Assembly (NCBI GenBank): GCA_964649715.1
Contig: CAZYTH010000008.1
Location: forward strand, 1 to 55,633
DNA: 55,633 nt
Direction: 5' to 3'
Origin: an uncultured Candidatus Saccharibacteria bacterium
GTDB taxonomy: Bacteria; Patescibacteriota; Minisyncoccia; Phycocordibacterales; UBA12445
Below, one piece after another: positions 37,904 through 45,665 of the stretch (position 1 is its first letter; every line of letters begins with the position of its first letter). The translations under genes were made by a program, and so were the position numbers. The notes under the pieces were generated by a model. The model did no database searches. It was not told the origin of the DNA and saw only the letters and a list, made by a program, of their open reading frames with translations.

Positions 37904-38006
37904 ATTGTTAATTATTTGCTCTACCGAATATACCGCAAATATGAAGTTAAGGCCACTTCGCAACTTGTTCTTTTTAAGTTAATATGATTAATTCTAAATT
38001 AAAAAC

Positions 38007-38438
38007 ATGCACGATATTTTTATTAGAAATTTACCCGTTCAATTATCTTCTTCCATACAAGAACAATATAACGCACTCTTACCGGTGTTTAAATCCTATG
38101 CACAGGGAAAGAATGGTAAATATTACTCGGCTGTAAATAATAATTACGATATTGGTTGTTTCATGCTTGGATTAGCAATTATATATAAAACCATGATTAT
38201 ACCTCTCGCGGGTGCAAACTTGTGCCTTGATGATTTTAGGCGCAGAAAAAGTATCGATAAAATCAAAATAGGAAAATACTTTTTTTCGAGTAGAGATCAT
38301 CAAAAAATCGGAAATATGCTCAATGATTTAAATAAAATATTGATTAAATATAGTATTCCGGAAAATATTTTACTTTTCAGCGATGTAAAAGAATTTGCAA
38401 GAAATTTGAATGTCTATTTACTCAATAAAAATGGCTAA
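38007..38438 (+). CDS. Hypothetical protein
   Basis: 143-aa ORF whose stop overlaps the next start (ATGGCTAA). Confidence 0.65.
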   Translation: MHDIFIRNLPVQLSSSIQEQYNALLPVFKSYAQGKNGKYYSAVNNNYDIGCFMLGLAIIYKTMIIPLAGANLCLDDFRRRKSIDKIKIGKYFFSSRDHQKIGNMLNDLNKILIKYSIPENILLFSDVKEFARNLNVYLLNKNG

Positions 38439-39156
38439 TAATAAAACTCCATTTAAAGATGCTTCTAAATTTATCAAAGATATTGATTCTTTTTTAACTA
38501 AACATTCTGCATTATTCAGATTTCAAGGTAGTCGCATCAGTCATTTTTTTGAAATTACTTGCTACAATGATGTTGTAAAATTTTACGAAAATAACGGATT
38601 TGTCGCTTCACCCAAAAATCTCAACAAAGATGTCTTCTTGTATAAAATATCAGCAGCGGGAAATACTGATAATTTTTCATATTTTATCGTAAGTAAAAAA
38701 ATTAAAGGCACTTTGTATGAATTTGAGGTACACCACAACCTATCAATTGAATGCGCACACGAAAGAGATATTTTTTATACCGCCGACATTTCTGTGATAA
38801 AAAAAGATTCGGTAGAGAGAATTGATCCCCCCACCTATTCCCAAAAGAGAAGTTGTTGCAGGGCGAAAAACTTAGAAACTTTCTTTGAAGTCAAACATTT
38901 ATCTCCTTTCCCAGAATTATTATTTTCATTTACCGGATTTCCTGATAATTTTTTTATAAAAGAAGGAAGAAAGAGAATAATCACACACCTTGCTCCCTCG
39001 CTTTTAATATCAGGGAGGACTAATTACCACGCCAAAAAGATCAAAGAATATATAGAGAACCGTTTTGGAGTCAACATAATAGCCAATCTTTTTGGGACAC
39101 CGTCTGCCGTATATTCAAAAAAATATCCGAAGAAAAAGATAGGCACTCTGCCTTAG
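38431..39156 (+). CDS. Putative PD-(D/E)xK nuclease-fold protein
   Basis: FFEI...TADISVI...FFEVKH spacing resembles E...D...ExK; coupled to the upstream gene. Confidence 0.5.
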   Translation: MANNKTPFKDASKFIKDIDSFLTKHSALFRFQGSRISHFFEITCYNDVVKFYENNGFVASPKNLNKDVFLYKISAAGNTDNFSYFIVSKKIKGTLYEFEVHHNLSIECAHERDIFYTADISVIKKDSVERIDPPTYSQKRSCCRAKNLETFFEVKHLSPFPELLFSFTGFPDNFFIKEGRKRIITHLAPSLLISGRTNYHAKKIKEYIENRFGVNIIANLFGTPSAVYSKKYPKKKIGTLP

Positions 39157-39286
39157 CCTCATCGAGTGACGACATTATAAAGGACCTTCGCAAAACCTAT
39201 CTTTTAAGCTATTATGTATAAACAATTAAATATCGATATCGAGTGACCTAAACCTCTCAAAGAACTTGTGGGGCATGGTCCAAAAT

Positions 39287-39423
39287 CGCAATCAACATAA
39301 AGAACCCGACATCAGGGCGTTGATTGCGTCATATTGGGAAACCAATATGTGGGCCTAAAAACCCTCCTGGTGCCGGGCTTTTTCTGTCTCTGCACCGGGA
39401 ATTATAAATAAAACGCAATCAAC
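39287..39423. repeat. Repeat cluster: direct-repeat copy 2 (39313-39328) plus inverted CGCAATCAAC copies (39287-39296, 39414-39423)
   Basis: Exact matches read from the sequence; also a CATATTGG-GAAA-CCAATATG hairpin at 39330-39349. Confidence 0.75.
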
Positions 39424-39425
39424 AA

Positions 39426-40118
39426 ATGAATATTGAAAATAATTCCCTTGGGAGATTACTGAGAAGTATATTCTTAGCATTTATCTTTATTGTTCTGCTT
39501 ACAGCTATTTCAGATAGCCCTGCCTTCGGTTTTTGGATGGGAATAATTATGACGGTGATAGTAATATCGTTTTCTCGTAAACAAGATCAGCAGAGAAAAC
39601 AACAGAAAAAAGAAAAGTTGGCCAAAGAGGCGGAGGTCTATTTTTCCAAAATAAACAAAGATAAGAAGTTGATCGAGATTCCAAGTTCTATATTTCTCGA
39701 AAAAGGCGAAAAACTTCTTGTTGAAAACAAAACAGCCTTGATGGAAACCAAATCAGTCAGAAGTAGCTCGGGTGGTTTCGGTGGTGTCAGTATCGTAAAG
39801 GGGGTAAGGGTGGGTGGATACTCTGGTACTTCTAGCAGTTCTCTCGAATGGAAGGTGCTTGATTCCGGTTTTGTTTATCTAACGACGAAGAGAATTATTT
39901 TCAGGGGCAATAAAGAAAATAGAAATATAGAATTAAAAGATATTTTTGCTTTTGACTCTTATTCAGAAAGTATAGGTTTAAGCCTTAATTCCAAATCAAA
40001 GAACTTGAGATTTGTTGTGGATAATCCTCTAATCTGGTCAGGGCTTGTAAATATACTCAAATCCGTAGAAAATCCTGAAGATCTTAGTGAAATTAATTTA
40101 AATTTAAAGTTTGAATAA
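39426..40118 (+). CDS. Membrane protein with two N-terminal TM helices and a C-terminal PH-like domain
   Basis: Two hydrophobic helices, charged linker, G.VYLTTKRIIF.G motif. Confidence 0.7.
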   Translation: MNIENNSLGRLLRSIFLAFIFIVLLTAISDSPAFGFWMGIIMTVIVISFSRKQDQQRKQQKKEKLAKEAEVYFSKINKDKKLIEIPSSIFLEKGEKLLVENKTALMETKSVRSSSGGFGGVSIVKGVRVGGYSGTSSSSLEWKVLDSGFVYLTTKRIIFRGNKENRNIELKDIFAFDSYSESIGLSLNSKSKNLRFVVDNPLIWSGLVNILKSVENPEDLSEINLNLKFE

Positions 40119-40547
40119 CTATAAAGTCGAGATGCGATCGAATCCTAGCTCATCTTTCTTTCTTCCCGCTTCAATCTCTCTTTTATCTTCATCTGTAAGA
40201 GGTCTCGGCCCGATTATTTCTACCTTGATTCCCTCGACCTTCGAATCGTTTGCGAATACGTTTATCGGTCTTGGACGAATATATCTCTTGCAATTATTAT
40301 CGAGATAATATTTTATCGCCTTAAAATCTCCCTTTTTGATCATACCGAACATTTGACCTTCACACATATCTACAAACAAACTCCTGCCCATACCAAGAGC
40401 CTCTTCCATTTTCACCGCGAAGCTTTTACTCTTCCTCCATCGGTAAATGGTCGCTTTTGCAATCCCGCATCTTTTGGCGGCGACAGACACAAGAGGAATT
40501 TCCTCCAGAGTCTCCAAAAATTTTTGTTTATCATTATTGGACCTCAT
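40119..40547 (-). CDS. HTH protein resembling phage small terminase subunits (phBC6A51-like HTH)
   Basis: KFLETLEE..LVSVAAKRCGIAKATIYRWRK followed by helical E..L...I.KGD..AI.YYL; overlaps the ParB-methylase stop. Confidence 0.55.
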   Translation of the reverse strand: MRSNNDKQKFLETLEEIPLVSVAAKRCGIAKATIYRWRKSKSFAVKMEEALGMGRSLFVDMCEGQMFGMIKKGDFKAIKYYLDNNCKRYIRPRPINVFANDSKVEGIKVEIIGPRPLTDEDKREIEAGRKKDELGFDRISTL

Positions 40548-41871
40548 TTATTTTAACGGCTTTTTTACCTGTGAGGTTTTCCCACCTCTTTTTAATGACC
40601 TCGGCATAGATCGGTTGCTTTTCCATGATGAAGCACCTTCTTTTTAGTTTAACCGAGGCTATTAAAGTGGAACCGCTTCCTCCGAAAGGTTCGACCACAA
40701 TATCATCTCTCTTTGTCAGTACTTTTATATACGGAATCAAGATTTCTATCGGTTTTGTTCCGAATATAATTCCTTGTCCCGAGGACTTTTCATCGGATGC
40801 TACATGTTCAATAAAGTCGGTCGGACATATCGTTTTACCTTTCTCATATCCTTCCCAGTGTGGTTTACCGGAAGTCGCAAATAAAGCAGTCTCATATTCT
40901 TCTTGGAGCAACGGATCTTCTTCGGGCTCAGTGTTCAATTCTGTATTACCTGAAGTGCCAACCATAGCAAAATCAAATTTATTGAAGAATTTGTACTTTG
41001 CACTGAATCCCTGAACCCTATTCGGAATATGCCAAATTATCGTATTTCTGTACTTCCAGTGTTTTTCTAACTCATTCCAAATCGTTCTCAAATTTTTAGG
41101 ATTCTCATAAACAATTATTGAGAAGTCGGGTTTCTGAATCTCAACCATATTATTCATCCAAAGTTCCGTAAAATTATCGGGCAAAGTTTCTGTACCGATA
41201 TATACTCTGTCTCTTTTTAACCCGAACCCTTCAGTCACTTCACTGTCCTTTTTCTTTTTACCTTTTAAATAATCTAAAAGGTAAGGAGGGTCTGTCATGA
41301 CCATACTGGCTTTCTCATCTCCCATTAATGCCAGAACGTCAGACTCGACAGTACTATCTCCGATCATCAACCTCGAACCGTCTAAATCATATATCTCTCC
41401 GCTTTTAACATTTACCCCATTTATATTTAACTTATCCAACTCTTCCTCTATATTAAAAACCTCCGGAGTTTCTTCCTCTTTGAAGATGTCGTCTAGTTCT
41501 TCGCTCGAGAATCCGATGTCCCCAAGGAGATTCTCGTCAAATTCGGACAACAGTTCCAGATCAAATTCCCCCGTGTTTTTGTTTAGTCGGAGGTTCAACT
41601 CTTTTTCTTTTTCAATATCCGGAATATTTACATAGACCACCGGTACTGTGGTCATGCTTAATTCTTTCGCAATTTCGAGTCTGAAGTGGCCCCCAATCAC
41701 AATATTCTTTCTTTCAAGGGCACTGTTGCATATAACAGGATCGACCATACCGAATCTAACAACAGACTCTTTAAGTTGCTCGGCTTGCTCCTTAGAGTGC
41801 TTTCTCGGATTATATTCCGAGGGTAGAAGTTCATTTGTTGGAACTTCAACAACAGTGATGTTTTTATCCAT
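40534..41871 (-). CDS. ParB-N-terminal domain fused to an amino (N6A/N4C) DNA methyltransferase, beta class
   Basis: L.PSEYNPRKH...IGGHFRL (ParB-N), then TDPPY (motif IV) before EPFGGSGSTL (motif I). Confidence 0.88.
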   Translation of the reverse strand: MDKNITVVEVPTNELLPSEYNPRKHSKEQAEQLKESVVRFGMVDPVICNSALERKNIVIGGHFRLEIAKELSMTTVPVVYVNIPDIEKEKELNLRLNKNTGEFDLELLSEFDENLLGDIGFSSEELDDIFKEEETPEVFNIEEELDKLNINGVNVKSGEIYDLDGSRLMIGDSTVESDVLALMGDEKASMVMTDPPYLLDYLKGKKKKDSEVTEGFGLKRDRVYIGTETLPDNFTELWMNNMVEIQKPDFSIIVYENPKNLRTIWNELEKHWKYRNTIIWHIPNRVQGFSAKYKFFNKFDFAMVGTSGNTELNTEPEEDPLLQEEYETALFATSGKPHWEGYEKGKTICPTDFIEHVASDEKSSGQGIIFGTKPIEILIPYIKVLTKRDDIVVEPFGGSGSTLIASVKLKRRCFIMEKQPIYAEVIKKRWENLTGKKAVKINEVQ

Positions 41872-41960
41872 CTTATTTTATTGTTAATTAATAAAGCCAT
41901 GACACTTGGTCATGACTTAATTAGAACATTATTTATTTTGACTATTTGGAACTCAACAGG

Positions 41961-42776
41961 CTATTCAGTTCCAAATCTCTTAATTCTTAGTTTCTTCAAT
42001 CTTCTTGTACTGTCATAAACCTTTTGCCCGTTCTTTTTATTTCCGATTACGTTTTCTGAAATTTCTTTTGCCGTAATTTTATATTTCTTGTCTTCAGCTT
42101 CGTTGTATCTTTCTTTGCTTTTATTCCATTTATCTAACTCTATCGTCGTATCCAGATCTTTTATATCTCCATACGCACATACTCGTTTTGAAATTACTTT
42201 ATTTACAATTTTTTTAATATCGGTAAGTTCTTTGTCGGTCAGCGGAGCATACACTTTGATTTGAACAGAGGTCTGTTCATAAGACTTTTTCTTCGGATCG
42301 GGATAAAGATTAATTCCATAGTTATCTAGAGGGGCGTTTATTTGTCCAAAAAATATATACTGTCTCAATTGGTAATCAAAATGCGCGGGTAATCTAAATT
42401 TCTTGATTATATATTCGACGGCATGAGAAAGATAATTCCACGGAAGTTTGGTATTTCCCAAGAGCTCTGACTGTTTTTTGGCGGTAGATAAATTGATTTC
42501 TTCCTTATTTAATTTATCTCTTATGCCGTCAATCTGTTTTTTATATTCTTCTGATTCAATAATATCATCAGATCTATCGCTCATTTTCTCGGTCCAGGCT
42601 TCCGGGTCTTTCAGCCCGTCTTCCTTAATATCTAAAAACTTACGCGTATCTTTTATTATCTGCTGAAATAGCGAAGAAGTTGCGAGAAGCTTCATGGTGT
42701 CAATATTTCTCTTGCCCGTCGGATATCGTTTAAGAATATTCTGTTGTCGTTTGTTATTTTTACTATTATTTATCAT
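41961..42776 (-). CDS. Hypothetical protein with a basic, possibly HTH-like C-terminus
   Basis: 271-aa ORF; ITAKEISE...KVYDSTRRLKKLR; upstream of and co-directional with the ParB-methylase. Confidence 0.7.
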   Translation of the reverse strand: MINNSKNNKRQQNILKRYPTGKRNIDTMKLLATSSLFQQIIKDTRKFLDIKEDGLKDPEAWTEKMSDRSDDIIESEEYKKQIDGIRDKLNKEEINLSTAKKQSELLGNTKLPWNYLSHAVEYIIKKFRLPAHFDYQLRQYIFFGQINAPLDNYGINLYPDPKKKSYEQTSVQIKVYAPLTDKELTDIKKIVNKVISKRVCAYGDIKDLDTTIELDKWNKSKERYNEAEDKKYKITAKEISENVIGNKKNGQKVYDSTRRLKKLRIKRFGTE

Positions 42777-42812
42777 TTGAATATAATTTATTCCTGTTAT
42801 AGAGTTGAGTCA

Positions 42813-43382
42813 ATGAAAAATATTTGGACAAACACACTTAAAAATATAAAAGGGGCTTTTAGTAAAGAAAATAGAAAAGAGAACCTAAAGAGACTATTTA
42901 TTCTTTCAATATTATTCCTTTTAATATTTGCTGTCCCTTGGTTTTTTGGAATAAGTAACGAAACTGTTCTGGGGATCCTTTTCTTGATCCTTGTTTTTAT
43001 AACTTGGTTTATGGCCGGTTTTACCGTATTTAAATCACTCTTCACAATCGGCGCCGGTTTTTCTTTAATAATCTTTATCGCTAAATCTTATTGTGATCTG
43101 CCGGAAATTTTACACATATCAGATAATTCTCTAAAAGGTCTGTTGTCATTTGGATTTGTGTACATAGTCATTCTTTTTTCTAGGGCACTAACAGTTGAAA
43201 TATGGGGAGACAAAAAAGAAAATAAGGGGATGTTTAAAATGATTGAAGAGATATACAGAGGAGAAAAACCTTTTACTATTGTCAGTTTGTATTTATCTTT
43301 TATTGTTTTGTTTTTAATTCAACTTTTCCAGGTAATTGTTCCGATAATATTGGGACTCTGTGTATATAAACAGATGCTATGA
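42813..43382 (+). CDS. Multi-pass membrane protein of unknown function
   Basis: About five hydrophobic segments; ATGA overlap with the next gene; start set at MKNIW. Confidence 0.7.
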   Translation: MKNIWTNTLKNIKGAFSKENRKENLKRLFILSILFLLIFAVPWFFGISNETVLGILFLILVFITWFMAGFTVFKSLFTIGAGFSLIIFIAKSYCDLPEILHISDNSLKGLLSFGFVYIVILFSRALTVEIWGDKKENKGMFKMIEEIYRGEKPFTIVSLYLSFIVLFLIQLFQVIVPIILGLCVYKQML

Positions 43383-44236
43383 ACATAGATGAAAGATTAA
43401 AGGAGGGTTTTAAAGGATATGATAAAAAAAACGATAATTTTATCGAATGGCTAAACATCGTAAAAAAAATAGACAATGAATGTTTCTTGGCCATTAGAAA
43501 TATAATGCCAATATTTGAAGGTTTTACAAAAGGACACGCACACCCAAAAACACATTTTGCTTTTCTTAATTTTGTAATACATTTAAATACTATAAAAAAC
43601 GGAATAATTGATTTAGCGGAAACAGATAATGTTTATGGGGTACACATACTTTATAGGGTTTTTCTTGAACACTGGCTAAAAGGTATTTACATATGGACTA
43701 GATATTTAAAAGAGAAAACAGATGAAGTAGGCGTCGAATATATAGACACAGGAAGGATTGGCGATGATTTAAAATATGGCGATTCTATTAAAAAAATTTC
43801 CAAAATATTGGAAGCAGAGGAAAATAAAAAATCAGTCTGGGGTGTAATGTGTGAATTCAACCCCAAATTAAAAAAAATAAACCAGAGTGATCTAGAAAAC
43901 AAAATAAAGAAATTTGAATACAGGAGAATTGTTAAATATCTTGTAGATAACAATGCTCCGGGGAGCGATCTGGCTTTATCTATAATATCTGAATATTCAG
44001 AATTATCTGCTTATATACACGGTAGCCCAAGAGCGGCAGATTACTATGGTTTAAAGACCATTAATCATGATCAATTTGAGGAATACAAGGGAATGATTAG
44101 ATTTTCTTTTAATATGAGTCGGTCTTATGCTTTTTCTGTATTTTCCTTAATGCTTACTAATTTAGATGATAAAAATAAAAAGATTTTATTACCGTTATTA
44201 TTAAAGCTTAAAGAAAATAACGAGGAGATATATTAA
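43379..44236 (+). CDS. DUF5677-like helical protein
   Basis: RVFLE...Y and YSELSAYIHG motifs. Confidence 0.55.
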   Translation: MNIDERLKEGFKGYDKKNDNFIEWLNIVKKIDNECFLAIRNIMPIFEGFTKGHAHPKTHFAFLNFVIHLNTIKNGIIDLAETDNVYGVHILYRVFLEHWLKGIYIWTRYLKEKTDEVGVEYIDTGRIGDDLKYGDSIKKISKILEAEENKKSVWGVMCEFNPKLKKINQSDLENKIKKFEYRRIVKYLVDNNAPGSDLALSIISEYSELSAYIHGSPRAADYYGLKTINHDQFEEYKGMIRFSFNMSRSYAFSVFSLMLTNLDDKNKKILLPLLLKLKENNEEIY

Positions 44237-44432
44237 TCTTAATGAGACTGTCTCATTTGTCTCATTTTTGTCGGAATAACCTTATTCTTCAATAAATCGA
44301 TACCGACTCACAGACCTCAATTTTAGAGATGTTAAAATTTCCCAAAGGCCTTTGCGGTGACTGAAGGTGGTGGGTACTTAACTCTAGTGGCCCGCATCTT
44401 AAAAATCCGCCCAAAAGGCGTGATTTTTTTTA

Positions 44433-44764
44433 TGCGGAGGGTAGCAAGCCATCTATATGGCTTGCGTGAGAGATTCGAAGTCCGATTGAGCAGCTTTTGC
44501 GAGCATATGGCGAACAAAAACGCGAGGCGGTGCCCAGGCAAATTTTTCGGAAGAAAAATTTAGCCGCGGGCGAATCTCTCAAAAAATCCATCGGTGGGTA
44601 CCCGCCCGACTGAACGAATTCAGTCGTTCGGGCGGGCTGGTCCTGTAAGGACCGAATCTCTCCACAGCCCACCCAGACGAGAAGCGTCTGGGTGATTTAC
44701 CATTACGCAAAAGTGAGAGATTCGTGATTGAATCTCTCACTTTTGCTTCTGCGATAGATTCGAA
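44433..44764. repeat. Cluster of tRNA-Ser T-arm-derived inverted repeats and GC-rich hairpins
   Basis: Inverted copy of tRNA 31717-31738 split by a hairpin (44433-44479). CGAATCTCTC at 44571 and 44653. 17-bp perfect palindrome 44707-44746. Hairpins 44601-44636 and 44670-44694. Confidence 0.8.
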
Positions 44765-44907
44765 GCCCCGATGAAGGAATAACGTATTTGTTTAGGCAGG
44801 CAATCTCATCTTCTGTGTTCTTGCCATCACCACCACCCATATGCTAATCTCTGATCAGCAAAGACTTTGTTTCTTTGACATATTCCAAAATCAGTGAGGA
44901 GTTATCT

Positions 44908-45264
44908 ATGTCGCCAACAGAAGAAGCAAGAGGACGACTACAAGGAGTTTTAGAAAAAACCAAAAAGGAAAGGGATGAGATTCTGGGGGAAATTCAAAAG
45001 GATGCCCTTCATGAGTCGGAAGCAGGATTCAATCCGTCTGAGCTTTCTCCATTACAAGAAAAACTATTCAAACAATTATTAGAAAAAGAATTACTGATTG
45101 AAGGTCTTAACGATCTCTTAAAAGATTCCCCAATCCTTATAAAAAGAGAGGGAGTTTTACTTGCAAAGATATCTGTTCTTAATCACGAAATAAAAACTCA
45201 CAAAGAGATACTTGATCTTATATTCTCAACACAAAAAAAGATCTGTCTTATTTTACACCAATAG
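44908..45264 (+). CDS. Hypothetical coiled-coil protein
   Basis: GAGGAG RBS before the ATG at 44908; heptad-like Leu pattern; hairpin at 45285-45303 downstream. Confidence 0.65.
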   Translation: MSPTEEARGRLQGVLEKTKKERDEILGEIQKDALHESEAGFNPSELSPLQEKLFKQLLEKELLIEGLNDLLKDSPILIKREGVLLAKISVLNHEIKTHKEILDLIFSTQKKICLILHQ

Positions 45265-45398
45265 GACTCAACTCCCCGCCGTTGCCCGCACAAAATGTGC
45301 GGGATTTTATTTACCGCCAAAACTTGCCACGGCTATCCCCAATGTGTTAACCTCTCTTCAGTAATTAGTTTATTTGAAAATTAAAAGGAGGATTTCAA

Positions 45399-45614
45399 AT
45401 GCTTACTGTGCACTGTGTTGTGGTTTATCGAAACAAAAAAGATTCAACCAAATACATGATGTCATCTCACACGATTGCCTGTGAAATTGGTGAAAAAATT
45501 TCCAAAAGAATGGAAACTGTTGTAACGGTTGAGGCAAGTAGCTGGGCAAAAGAATGGGAATTGGTAAACTTTTCACATTCATTTTTGCCGTTTAACGTAG
45601 GATATCAAATCTGA
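45399..45614 (+). CDS. Small hypothetical protein (71 aa)
   Basis: AGGAGG RBS; terminator at 45628-45650. Confidence 0.65.
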   Translation: MLTVHCVVVYRNKKDSTKYMMSSHTIACEIGEKISKRMETVVTVEASSWAKEWELVNFSHSFLPFNVGYQI

Positions 45615-45627
45615 ATAGTGTAAAGCA

Positions 45628-45655
45628 AACCCCGATAGTCGTCGGGGTTTTTTAT
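45628..45655. terminator. Bidirectional terminator
   Basis: AAACCCCGA-N5-TCGGGGTTT followed by a T run. Confidence 0.75.
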
Positions 45656-45665
45656 TTCAAAAAAA

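Larger units (their letters stand above)
31739..44396. mobile_element. tRNA-Ser-anchored integrative island with serine recombinase and defence cargo
   Basis: Starts right after tRNA-Ser; carries a recombinase, R-M genes and a ParB-methylase. Right end inferred from CCGCA (44392-44396), matching the tRNA end (31734-31738) and followed by a terminator and an inverted tRNA-Ser fragment. Boundaries are inferred. Confidence 0.7.

Noticed and set aside
39161-39247. 10-bp direct repeat ATCGAGTGAC (39161-39170, 39238-39247)
   Set aside because: Too short and only two copies; not distinguishable from chance without comparative data.
44332-44672. Three short overlapping ORFs
   Set aside because: They lie over palindromic non-coding repeats whose GC content suppresses stops.
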